Positions 9,462 through 17,740 of a stretch of DNA of 64,000 nucleotides are shown piece after piece. The position numbers were made by a program, and so were the translations under genes. Position 1 is the stretch's first letter. The number at the start of each line of letters is the position of its first letter. The notes under the pieces are model-generated. The model was not told where the DNA came from. It worked only from the letters and a program-made list of their open reading frames with translations, and did not search any database. This DNA is from a bacterium (lineage in GTDB: Bacteria; Patescibacteriota; Minisyncoccia; Phycocordibacterales; UBA918): positions 8,216 to 72,215 of the forward strand of contig JAYSUD010000008.1 in NCBI GenBank assembly GCA_043719295.1, read 5' to 3'.

Positions 9462-10013
9462 ATGGCAAAACTTGTACCAGAAAACCATCCTGTCTTACAC
9501 GCAATTGCAGAGGAAGTCACCCAAGATGAAATACAAAATGGCTTTGTTACAAAGCTGATTAAAGACATGAAAGGTGCCTTAAAAACCTATAGTGTTGATG
9601 GTTTTACTGCGGTTGCTATTGCAGCACCGCAAATTGGAGTTTCAAAGCGCCTTTTTATTATTGAGGATCAAAGTAAAGACCGCGATTCCCTTCCCTCACT
9701 TATTGCCATTAATCCCAAAATTATTAAGTCCTCTAAGAAAACGCACATCGTTGGAGAAGGTTGTTTATCACTTCCAGACTATTATGGTGAAGTAAAACGT
9801 CATACCAATGTCACTATGCGCGCTTTAGACGAACAAGGGAAACAGTACGAACGTGGCGCTGGAGGCTTATTAGCCCAAATCATCCAACATGAATACGACC
9901 ACCTTGATGGAATTTTATTTACCGACCGTGCAGAAAAAGTTTGGACAAAGAAGGAGTTAGACGCACTAAAAAAGAAAGAAGAAGCTGTGGCAAAAGAAGC
10001 ACACCATGAGTGA
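9462..10013 (+). CDS. def: Peptide deformylase.
   Basis: The three PDF motifs are present: GVSKRLF, EGCLSLP and QHEYDHLDG. Confidence 0.9.
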   Translation: MAKLVPENHPVLHAIAEEVTQDEIQNGFVTKLIKDMKGALKTYSVDGFTAVAIAAPQIGVSKRLFIIEDQSKDRDSLPSLIAINPKIIKSSKKTHIVGEGCLSLPDYYGEVKRHTNVTMRALDEQGKQYERGAGGLLAQIIQHEYDHLDGILFTDRAEKVWTKKELDALKKKEEAVAKEAHHE

Positions 10014-10863
10014 GAAAAAACTAAGAATTGCCTTTTTTGGAACGCCATACGTTGCGCGTGATACGTTCATGAAACTCGTTGCATCAGGTTTTGCACCCGA
10101 AGTTGTTATAACAAACAACGACACCAAACAAGGTCGAGGGCAGACACTCCAAATGTGTGTCACCAAAGTCTGGGCAACAGATGCGAAGATTCCTACCTTC
10201 TCGCCGTCTACAATTGACGATGTTGCAATTGAGGAAATCAAAAAATACAACTGTGATTATGCAGTTGTAGTAGCGTATGGAAAAATACTCCCGCAAGCAC
10301 TTATTGATACCTTCCCTAAGGGAATACTCAACATCCACTATTCCCTCTTACCAAAATACCGCGGTGCATCGCCTGTTGAAAGTGCTTTACTTAATGGAGA
10401 AACGGTAACAGGAGTTACCATACAAAAACTTGTACTTGCTATGGATGCAGGTGACATTATTGCTCAAAAAGAACTCACCATTGGTAAAGATGAAACAGCA
10501 CTACTTCTTAAAGAGCGTCTTATCACACTTGGTACAGAAATGCTTGTTGAAACACTTCCCCTCTTTGAAACAAACGAAGTAACATTCATCTCACAAAATC
10601 ATGAGAAAGCGACGTTTGCAAAGAAAATCAAAAAAGAAGAGCGGGAATTGAAAATTAGTGAAAACTCCCAAGAAAACTGGAATAAATACAGAGCATATGC
10701 TGAATCGCCAGGTACACACTTTTTTGTTCAAAAAAACGGTAAACCTACACGAGTAAAAATTGTTAGCGCTGAACTTACAGACGGAATCTTTACCCCTCTT
10801 CGAGTGATACCCGAAGGAAAGAAAGAAATGGACTTTACAGCATTCTTAAAGAGTTCTACTTAG
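10006..10863 (+). CDS. fmt: Methionyl-tRNA formyltransferase.
   Basis: 285 aa, overlaps def by 8 nt (conserved def-fmt pair). Formyltransferase core NIHYSLLPKYRGASP. Confidence 0.85.
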   Translation: MSEKKLRIAFFGTPYVARDTFMKLVASGFAPEVVITNNDTKQGRGQTLQMCVTKVWATDAKIPTFSPSTIDDVAIEEIKKYNCDYAVVVAYGKILPQALIDTFPKGILNIHYSLLPKYRGASPVESALLNGETVTGVTIQKLVLAMDAGDIIAQKELTIGKDETALLLKERLITLGTEMLVETLPLFETNEVTFISQNHEKATFAKKIKKEERELKISENSQENWNKYRAYAESPGTHFFVQKNGKPTRVKIVSAELTDGIFTPLRVIPEGKKEMDFTAFLKSST

Positions 10864-10864
10864 G

Positions 10865-11230
10865 TTATCTCCCAAAGCGCAACATTTCTTTGATTTTTCT
10901 ACTTCCTTTACGCATGAGGCTTTCACTTTTCTTATGCCGACGGAGTATCTCACTATCAAGCTCCCCTCGTACACGAGCTATTGCTTTTTCAAAAGAATCT
11001 TCCGTTGCTTCGGCCCTGTATAGTTTGCCCTTTAACCACACATTTGCTTCAAAGCGGAATACATTACCATGTTGATGTGGCGCTTCTTTCTCAAATTCAA
11101 CCTCAATTTTAACGTCAGTTGCATCGCCAAAATATTTCTGAAGTGTTCTAAACTTCTCTTCAACTTGATCTTTAAGATGATTTTTTAATTCAGTATTTGT
11201 AGCCTTGTATTTAATAGTTGGAAATGTCAT
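10865..11230 (-). CDS. hpf: Ribosome hibernation promoting factor / RaiA (S30AE family).
   Basis: TIKYKATNTELKNHLKDQVEEKFRTLQKYF...VEFEKE...FRFEANVWLKGK: typical short HPF. Confidence 0.8.
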   Translation of the reverse strand: MTFPTIKYKATNTELKNHLKDQVEEKFRTLQKYFGDATDVKIEVEFEKEAPHQHGNVFRFEANVWLKGKLYRAEATEDSFEKAIARVRGELDSEILRRHKKSESLMRKGSRKIKEMLRFGR

Positions 11231-11326
11231 AGAAATTTTCAATTAAACGATTAAATCCTATATACCGTCTAGAAATAAATTGAGTTTTGAGTGTTCTAAG
11301 AATGACGTAATTTCAAGATGGTATTT

Positions 11327-11635
11327 CTATTGGCAGGTATCACAGACTTCAGGACTTTGGTGGATCCTCAGTCCTCCAAATGAATTGCTAACTTGGGGAA
11401 TGTTACAGTGTTCATTGAGGTACGCAATAATGTCTTGGGATTCATACATTTTTTCCCCACGTTCTGTATCTACTAGATACGGCACCTGCTTCTTTCCACC
11501 CAGTTTTACAAGCTCGTCTATAAGGGCTGGATCAGCAGAAATATCTTTAAGAGTAACTTTAATAGATAACGCCTCAATTTCACCAAGCACCGCTTGGCAA
11601 TAGGGGCAACTGGGACGGTAATAGAGTGTAAGCAT
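11327..11635 (-). CDS. Glutaredoxin-like protein (CPYC active site) with a Cys-containing C-terminal tail.
   Basis: MLTLYYRPSCPYCQAVLGEIE...KKQVPYLVD: glutaredoxin fold. Confidence 0.7.
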   Translation of the reverse strand: MLTLYYRPSCPYCQAVLGEIEALSIKVTLKDISADPALIDELVKLGGKKQVPYLVDTERGEKMYESQDIIAYLNEHCNIPQVSNSFGGLRIHQSPEVCDTCQ

Positions 11636-11788
11636 GATAGATTTACTTATATCTTGTATGTATACAGTATACAACGTTTATTCAAACCTGTCAGACAGTG
11701 CTAAACCATAAACACCATAAGGTTGAAAACCCCACAGTTTTCTGTACAATAGCCCTACTTGAAGTAATTCAAGTATAGATTCTAAAGC

Positions 11789-12116
11789 TCCGGTGTAGCT
11801 CAGCGGTAGAGCAATCGACTGTAACATTGAACAATGTTCAAAATAGCAGCCTTATCGAGAAATTGATATTGCAAACAAGGTGAATTGCTGGAACCCCCAC
11901 GACACAAGTCAGGGCAATCAGCAGCCAAGCTTTTGGAGAAATCCAATTGAAGGTCCAGAGACTATCCCTTCGGGGAGTAGAATGCTCACAAATGCATTCG
12001 AAGCGCCTTGCACCGTCAGTGTAGTAATACAACCGGTGATGATATAGTCCACGCCATACAGTAACGTATGAATAAGTGTAATCGATTGGTCGCAGGTTCG
12101 AATCCTGCCGCCGGAG
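11789..12116 (+). tRNA. tRNA-Asn (anticodon GUU) interrupted by a group I intron in the anticodon loop. No CCA is encoded.
   Basis: Exons tccggtgtagctcagcggtagagcaatcgactgt + taatcgattggtcgcaggttcgaatcctgccgccggag fold into a 72-nt cloverleaf. Acceptor TCCGGTG/CGCCGGA, U8, T-loop TTCGAAT, G73, and a 5-nt variable loop that excludes Tyr. Confidence 0.75.
11823..12078 (+). ncRNA. Group I self-splicing intron (~256 nt) within tRNA-Asn.
   Basis: CCAAGCTTTTGG (P5-like), GTCCAGAGACTA (J6/7-P7) and ATATAGTCC (P7'/J8-7) match the group I consensus. The intron ends in G. Boundaries are good to about 2 nt. Confidence 0.7.
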
Positions 12117-12132
12117 CTTTAGAATTTAGAGA

Positions 12133-12153
12133 CCACCCGCAAGGGTGGTTTTT
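12133..12153 (+). terminator. Rho-independent terminator downstream of tRNA-Asn.
   Basis: ccacccgcaagggtgg followed by ttttt. Confidence 0.7.
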
Positions 12154-12162
12154 AAAATTCTT

Positions 12163-12184
12163 AGCTCCGGCGGCAGGATTCGAA
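12163..12184 (+). repeat. Perfect inverted copy (22 nt) of the tRNA-Asn 3' end.
   Basis: agctccggcggcaggattcgaa is the exact reverse complement of the tRNA 3' end ttcgaatcctgccgccggagct. Together with the tRNA it makes a ~35-bp inverted repeat enclosing the terminator. Confidence 0.85.
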
Positions 12185-12238
12185 GACCTTGCCTGATATC
12201 TTTTTGAGGTACGAAATAAAATAGTGACAAGGTGTACT

Positions 12239-12268
12239 GGTCGTGTAACGACCGAAATTCCTGCCGCC
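12239..12268 (+). repeat. tRNA-flanking module: hairpin with TGTAA loop, then GAAATTCC, then a direct copy of the tRNA 3' strand.
   Basis: ggtcgtgtaacgacc-gaaattcc-tgccgcc. The tail is complementary to 12170-12182. Homologous modules at 58386-58413, 62436-62462 and 63420-63456. Confidence 0.6.
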
Positions 12269-12282
12269 TAAACATCCATATT

Positions 12283-12291
12283 CGTGGTATA
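12283..12291 (+). promoter_or_regulatory. Extended -10 promoter element (TGGTATACT) upstream of the HNH gene.
   Basis: tggtatact lies ~16 nt before the ATG at 12307. Pattern only. Confidence 0.4.
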
Positions 12292-12306
12292 CTAAACAAA
12301 ACATAC

Positions 12307-12636
12307 CACATGACCCGTAAAGAAACACGCACCTACGCCGATCGAGCTGAGTATATGAAACTCGCTGTCATTAAACGTCGCAAAAAAGTGCGTGACATGG
12401 CACTTGAATACAAAGGTGGAGTCTGCCAAATCTGTAGATATAGTAAAAGTAAACGGGCACTCTCCTTTCATCACATCAATCCCAAAACAAAAGAATTTGG
12501 TATTTCATACAGAGGCTTTACTCGATCATGGGACAAGACAAAAGCAGAACTCGATAAATGCATTCTGCTTTGCATGAACTGTCATATGGAGATACACGAT
12601 GGAATTACAAAGTTACCAGAACTTTGCATTACCTGA
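12307..12636 (+). CDS. HNH endonuclease (zinc-finger HNH); likely a homing-type endonuclease tied to the adjacent intron-containing tRNA.
   Basis: MTRKETRTYADRAEY...CQICRY...SFHHINPK...CMNCHMEIHDG: HNH motif with CxxC pairs. Start taken at the internal Met after the promoter-like box. Confidence 0.7.
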   Translation, partial: HMTRKETRTYADRAEYMKLAVIKRRKKVRDMALEYKGGVCQICRYSKSKRALSFHHINPKTKEFGISYRGFTRSWDKTKAELDKCILLCMNCHMEIHDGITKLPELCIT

Positions 12637-12682
12637 ACACACCCCTTAACAATACATAAAAATACTATATACTACTCACTAT

Positions 12683-12817
12683 ATGACACGACAAATTGCA
12701 TTAAGCCCAAACAAGAACACTAAAACACGTCCTTATAAATCACCGAAGCGTTTAGAAGCAAAAAGAGTATTGCTTGCAAAGAAAACTAACAAGACAGGGG
12801 CAAAGAAAGCAAAGTAG
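12683..12817 (+). CDS. Small basic protein (44 aa, MTRQIALSPNKNTKTRPYKSPKRLEAKRVLLAKKTNKTGAKKAK); function unknown.
   Basis: Clean ATG..TAG ORF, pI >11, followed by the terminator at 12836-12861. Confidence 0.35.
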   Translation: MTRQIALSPNKNTKTRPYKSPKRLEAKRVLLAKKTNKTGAKKAK

Positions 12818-12835
12818 TAAGAATGAATAAAAAGT

Positions 12836-12861
12836 AAAAACCACCCACAAGGGTGGTTTTT
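12836..12861 (+). terminator. Rho-independent terminator.
   Basis: aaaaaccacccacaagggtggttttt. Confidence 0.7.
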
Positions 12862-13086
12862 ACTTTTTATTGATTTTCTAGTCTCTACAGTTTTGCTAAG
12901 GCAAGTTTATACGTATTACACCCACTGTCATAAAAGTAACGTACTCACGGCATTAGTATGTGGATAGAGAGCATCAAACATACTCACACACTACCTGCAA
13001 TATGCAGTGTGTATAAACAGGGAAACAAGCAGTTTACAAGCAATACTCCATTATAAAATAAACTATCGATTTAACCCTAAAACAAT

Positions 13087-13623
13087 ATGAAAAAGACAAT
13101 TTTTGCTTTATTCGACAATATTGATGTAGCTAATAATGCCATTAATAAATTACACAACCAATTCAACATTTTAAGTGATGATATTTCATATGTTTACAAA
13201 AATAAAGATGGACAGAAAGTTTCAGGTACAAACGACGATACAGAAGAAAGTACTGCCGCTGAAGGAGCGGTTACAGGTGCGACAACAGGAGGTATTATCG
13301 GTGCAACGGTAGGATTAATAGCTGTTGCTGGGCTACTTGGCCCACTTGGTCCTATTGTGGTTGCAGGACCACTTGCTACTTTTCTCGGTATTACAGGTGC
13401 TACTGGCGCCGTAATTGGAACAGGTATAGCTGGAGCAACCATTGGTGGACTTGTTGGAGCACTTATGTCAATGGGGGTAAGTGAACCGCAGGCACGTAAT
13501 TATGAAACACGCGTGGACGGAGGAGACGTGCTTGTGAGCATCACCGCTGAAAACACTGACGATGTAACTGCAATTTTGCGTGAATTTGATGCAAAAGAAA
13601 TAACGGTAGTTGAGAAAAATTAA
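13087..13623 (+). CDS. General stress protein 17M (YflT-like) with a glycine-zipper membrane segment.
   Basis: N-terminal YflT-like domain, long GxxxG repeats (TGGIIGATVGLIAVAGLLGPLGPIVVAG...), and a C-terminal small domain. Confidence 0.5.
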   Translation: MKKTIFALFDNIDVANNAINKLHNQFNILSDDISYVYKNKDGQKVSGTNDDTEESTAAEGAVTGATTGGIIGATVGLIAVAGLLGPLGPIVVAGPLATFLGITGATGAVIGTGIAGATIGGLVGALMSMGVSEPQARNYETRVDGGDVLVSITAENTDDVTAILREFDAKEITVVEKN

Positions 13624-13819
13624 TTGCAACACAATGAAGAAATACCATGACAAAGCCACTACTCTATAGTGGCTTTGTTAATTTATTTTTTAGGAAAGTT
13701 AATACTGAAAGGAATTGAAGTGCGGTAGAGAAGCAAATTCAGCAGTTGCATAGTTCATTCATGAAGAATAAAAACTTTCTGATATTCAATATGAGTCATA
13801 ACAAACCAACTATAAAACT

Positions 13820-14065
13820 TTACTTCGAAACTTTTTTTATTGGGTAGTCTTTATTTTCATGTGCAGCTTCCATATGCTCAATAGCAGCATCAATGTGCAC
13901 CTCAGCGGCTTCCTTGTGCACTTCAGCTGCTTCAATATGTATATCAGAAACAGTTTTGTGAGCTCCTTCCACTTTTCTCTCTACTTTCTCAGCTTTTATC
14001 TCAGAGACTTCAACGTCTTTATTATCAATTACTGGGCAAGACTGTTTTTTTGTATCGTTTGTCAT
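13820..14065 (-). CDS. Small His/Glu-rich protein with EAAEVH repeats.
   Basis: 81 aa: HIEAAEVHKEAAEVHIDAAIEHMEAAHE. Possible metal-binding function. Confidence 0.35.
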   Translation of the reverse strand: MTNDTKKQSCPVIDNKDVEVSEIKAEKVERKVEGAHKTVSDIHIEAAEVHKEAAEVHIDAAIEHMEAAHENKDYPIKKVSK

Positions 14066-14254
14066 AGTATTTGTTTAAAACTTTCATTAAAAATGTCCCT
14101 CCTGGGCTTGTTAGCACAAAAAACTATTTCCTATATGAGGGATAGTATCAAGCCGAACAGAACGAGGATCTATTACATACAAGAAAAACTACTATAAAAA
14201 TCTATGTTTACATCTCAGATTCGCATAAATATAAAATCTTTAATGTTTTTACAC

Positions 14255-14509
14255 TCAAGCCCGATGTGAACAACCTGCCCAACAACAGGGTCTTCGCTTC
14301 CCTTTTACAAGGTTCTCAGACATTATTCTTATTCGACGCTCTCTGGTTTCTTGTTGCTTTGCTGAAGTAATCCAACAAAGCCATTCATTGCGCGCAAGTG
14401 GAGTTATGTCTTCCCATACAGCCAATACAGCCTTTTTTGAAATAAGAAGTTTTCGCACATCAACCGGAACGTTGTGCACTACACCATTGGATATTCCTGC
14501 TTTACTCAT
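14255..14509 (-). CDS. YdeI/OmpD-associated (OmdA-like, bacteriocin-protection) family protein.
   Basis: LAVWEDITPLARNEWLCWITSAKQQETRERRIRIMSENL matches the OmdA-domain pattern (...REY..WI..AK..ETR..RI...). Confidence 0.45.
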   Translation of the reverse strand: MSKAGISNGVVHNVPVDVRKLLISKKAVLAVWEDITPLARNEWLCWITSAKQQETRERRIRIMSENLVKGKRRPCCWAGCSHRA

Positions 14510-14545
14510 AGCTACAGTATATCAAAACAATTGACCTGAGTATTT

Positions 14546-15076
14546 TTACCTTGTTTGCTGCTTAAGTTCTAGCAACTGTTGCAAAAGTCCCACTAACTCA
14601 GTGAGTAACTTTATCCGTAACTGTAGTTGCTGAATATTGGAACTTGCGACTTGTGGCAATACCGCAGGAATACACTCTTTCCATGGTGCTGTGCCTTGTT
14701 GTGTATATACATGCCGTGCATATCCCAAATTCCCTTCAACTGTCTTTAAGTCAAATCCGAGCTTTGCTGCTCCGTTACTATGGATACTTTCAAAGAATTG
14801 AAAAATCCCAACCATACCACCACCTGCTCCACCCCTTAAAACAGCACCACTGTCAGTAAACTGTCGAAACTTGGATTCACATTTTGCAATTTCTATCATC
14901 ACGGGAATATCGGCAAAGTACTCTCGGACCTGCTTTTCAATTGACTGTGCTGTTTGGGTTGTTGTAGCCAAACTCGAAGTAGCAACTACCTTTTTTTCAG
15001 CTGCAAAAGTAGCTTGTACCTGCACACAAAAAATACCAATAAAAAGCAACACTCCCCCTCCAATAAATTTATACAT
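14546..15076 (-). CDS. Secreted transglycosylase-like (Rpf-type) domain protein with a C-terminal coiled coil.
   Basis: Signal peptide MYKFIGGGVLLFIGIFCVQVQA, then IAKCESKFRQF...GGMVGIFQF...GTAPWKEC (the Rpf/transglycosylase-like CES...FQF...W pattern). Start taken at Met39 of the 15190 ORF. Confidence 0.55.
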   Translation of the reverse strand: MYKFIGGGVLLFIGIFCVQVQATFAAEKKVVATSSLATTTQTAQSIEKQVREYFADIPVMIEIAKCESKFRQFTDSGAVLRGGAGGGMVGIFQFFESIHSNGAAKLGFDLKTVEGNLGYARHVYTQQGTAPWKECIPAVLPQVASSNIQQLQLRIKLLTELVGLLQQLLELKQQTR

Positions 15077-15227
15077 AGTCCTCAGTATACCATTGTACGA
15101 ATCATGACTTGATACAGTAATATGTTTTTTACTATAGAAAATGGAGGCATGTGTAAGTGCCTCCATCATACCGTTTACACTCTCCGTCACTCCTTATCTA
15201 AAGGTAGAGAGTTATTTCAAATTTGGA

Positions 15228-15758
15228 TCAGGCCGCTTCAAGAAGACTGCCTTCGGCGGACGAGCCCAGCAAGGTCGCCATTGTCGCTTTGAGACCCTTA
15301 GATATAAAGATGCGATACGGAACCTTTGCTTCGATAGGAACCCGGTTGAGCACGCCGATGAAAAATTCGGCCAATTCCTTTGACTTATCGATATAGGCCG
15401 AGTAGTCCTGATAACGTGCTTTGTACACCTGCGCCAGTTCGTCGTCAAAGACTGACCACGTCTGTGCCGGTGTCATACTTCTGATTTCAGCAGATGTAAG
15501 CCCAGCCGACCGCAAAACAGCATTCACTTGACGTTGCCCAGATCCAACTGGCAGCACGGACTTAGCGTAATTGACACCACCTTTCATGACTGCGACAATC
15601 CAAGCAACTTGGCCCCAGCCACAACCACGAAAGCTGTAACCCTTACCAGTTTTGTCGATGCTTTCAACCCATTGGAATGGGACGAACTCACCAGCTTCAG
15701 CGGCTTGCCGCAAACCTTGGCTTGTGGCGTTCAAATGATTACGATTCCAGCTCATCAT
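15228..15758 (-). CDS. Hypothetical protein in a GC-rich segment, probably foreign.
   Basis: 176 aa with no recognised motif. Local GC is well above the window average. Confidence 0.4.
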   Translation of the reverse strand: MMSWNRNHLNATSQGLRQAAEAGEFVPFQWVESIDKTGKGYSFRGCGWGQVAWIVAVMKGGVNYAKSVLPVGSGQRQVNAVLRSAGLTSAEIRSMTPAQTWSVFDDELAQVYKARYQDYSAYIDKSKELAEFFIGVLNRVPIEAKVPYRIFISKGLKATMATLLGSSAEGSLLEAA

Positions 15759-15911
15759 CTAGCTCCAATCTGTTAATCTAAGAATCAGCGGATGCTGACC
15801 CTACATCCAAGTTTACACATTAAAATGTCTCTGTAAAGAAAATTTAGCTTTTAATCTTTTTTTAGAATTATCTACAATTACCCTGTTATACTTACCACAT
15901 ACAATACGCAT

Positions 15912-16449
15912 ATGGATTTTATTACTTCTCTTTCACTCTCACCATATGCCGTACTCACCCAAGTAATCGGTTTTCTTGCTTTTTTTTGTAGGAATATATG
16001 CGTTCACAAACAAAGACGACAAAAAACTACGTATTTGGCAAGCGGCTCAGTGTTTTTTACTTTCACTCCACTTTTTTCTTCTTGGCGCTCAGTCAGGAGC
16101 AGCAATAACCTTGCTAGCAGGTATACGTAATCTGATTTCGCTTCATAAACACACTACTCATGTAGGTGTTATATTTCTTGTACTTTACGTAGTTATTGGA
16201 ATAATTCGCTACGAAGTTCCACTTGATATTCTCCCTGTTTGCTCAGCACTCTTAGGCACTACTGCAATCTTTTACCTCTCTGGTATCAAAATGCGCATAT
16301 TCCTGATGGCAGGAACCTCGCTCTGGATAATTCATAACGCGCTCGTTTTTTCTATCGGCCCGTTTTTTATGGAATTCCTTATTCTCGGAGTTACACTCCA
16401 CACGACATACCAATTATGGAAAACCTCCCGTCTTAATCGTCATACTTGA
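15912..16449 (+). pseudogene. YgjV-like inner-membrane protein split by a frameshift in a T8 homopolymer.
   Basis: ORF 15912-16130 (MDFITSLSLSPYAVLTQVIGFLAFF...) and ORF 15976-16449 are adjacent frames of one membrane protein. They join if the T8 run at 15980-15987 were T7. Confidence 0.5.
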
Positions 16450-16525
16450 TTTTTTCATTGTATACGCGCACTATGGGCTCTGAAGACCTTGATCCTTCTA
16501 TAACACACAAGCGGGAGAACAGACC

Positions 16526-17662
16526 ATGTGTGCACATATTACCCCAACGAAGCCATGCGTTGCCAAAACGGTTATGAGTGTTGCAAGCATGACTCATCCT
16601 CATGCAAAAACAATCACGAATCGTGCAATCCCTCTTTCGGTGGATTTTGTACAAAAAATACTTTCCCTAACTCACTTTAGCTTTAGTGGTCGCAAACCAA
16701 GAAAGCAAAAAAACAAACGTGGAGAGAAGCGACCTACTGATATGGATCTCGCGTCCTTCTTGATCGGACTTTTGCAAAAGCCAACGATATTGGAATTGCC
16801 AGAGTACACGACTGCACTTCCGCGAACTGTCATTGCAGGCGAACGTCACCTAGACACCCGCCGGTATGGGCAACTCCTTAACCTTGTCTCACACAAAAGT
16901 CGACTTTCTTTTGGTGTCCGCATTCATGACGCAACTATAAAGCGACGTTCGTCTCTTGAAGAAGACAGGCTTGGAGCGCCACGAACCTTTATGATCATCA
17001 ATTACGAAGGCAAGTGGCACAGCGGATGGAAAGGTACATCATGGGACTTCAGAAAGGCCGAGCGGGGTTTCCGTGAACGGTATGACTTAAGTGCTGACAT
17101 ACACCATCTTGGATATAAGTATTTTGTACACCTTAACCGTCGACACAGCATTTTTAGCTACTCCCACTTGCTCTTGAAGCTTGTGTGGCAACGCATCGAA
17201 GATGAATTGGCATTCTACCGAGAGGAGCTGAAGCGTCTTGGCAATTACAACACCAATCCAAATAGCGATTACTTTAATGTGCTTGAAGTTGGTGCAAGCA
17301 CAAGTGTCATGGTTCCAAGCTTTGTCATGGCGCTTGAAGGCTATTCTTATACTGGTGAATATTCGCCAGTTGAAGCAAGTGAAGAAGGCTACAAAAAAGC
17401 CCAAGCACATGTTGATTTTCTTCAGTACCAACTTCGTCCACGCGTGCAATTTGTCGTTCGTGCAAACGAAGCCGCGTTTTATCATTACGGCAAACCTCAA
17501 GGGTATGTCGCAGGATGGATACGTGGTGTCTATTGGGAAAAAACTGGTGTGAATGATCAGTATCAGCAAGAGGCAACGTTTGCTTTCTCTGATTCGTTCA
17601 TCATGCGCTACAAATGCGATACCGTCTCGCAAGTGGTAGCACCTTCATACACAGGGGTCTAG
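16526..17662 (+). CDS. Hypothetical protein with elevated GC; no recognisable domain; start uncertain (possibly Met at 16742).
   Basis: 378-aa ORF with Trp/Tyr-rich composition, followed by a GC-rich terminator. Looks horizontally acquired. Confidence 0.4.
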   Translation: MCAHITPTKPCVAKTVMSVASMTHPHAKTITNRAIPLSVDFVQKILSLTHFSFSGRKPRKQKNKRGEKRPTDMDLASFLIGLLQKPTILELPEYTTALPRTVIAGERHLDTRRYGQLLNLVSHKSRLSFGVRIHDATIKRRSSLEEDRLGAPRTFMIINYEGKWHSGWKGTSWDFRKAERGFRERYDLSADIHHLGYKYFVHLNRRHSIFSYSHLLLKLVWQRIEDELAFYREELKRLGNYNTNPNSDYFNVLEVGASTSVMVPSFVMALEGYSYTGEYSPVEASEEGYKKAQAHVDFLQYQLRPRVQFVVRANEAAFYHYGKPQGYVAGWIRGVYWEKTGVNDQYQQEATFAFSDSFIMRYKCDTVSQVVAPSYTGV

Positions 17663-17672
17663 ATTGACCCCA

Positions 17673-17702
17673 AAAGCCGGCGTCACAACGCCGGCTTTTT
17701 TC
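17673..17702 (+). terminator. Rho-independent terminator.
   Basis: aaagccggcgtcacaacgccggcttttttt. Confidence 0.75.
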
Positions 17703-17740
17703 TGTAACAGAGTACAAATCAACTTTTTACTACGTTGCCT

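Noticed and set aside
11789-12116. Alternative reading of the intron-containing tRNA as tRNA-Tyr (anticodon GUA, splice after CUGUAA).
   Set aside because: Bacterial tRNA-Tyr is type II with a long variable arm and A73. This gene has a 5-nt variable loop and G73, and the window already has a bona fide type II tRNA-Tyr at 63166-63248. Asn(GUU) fits better, though the exact splice junction is ambiguous by 1-2 nt.
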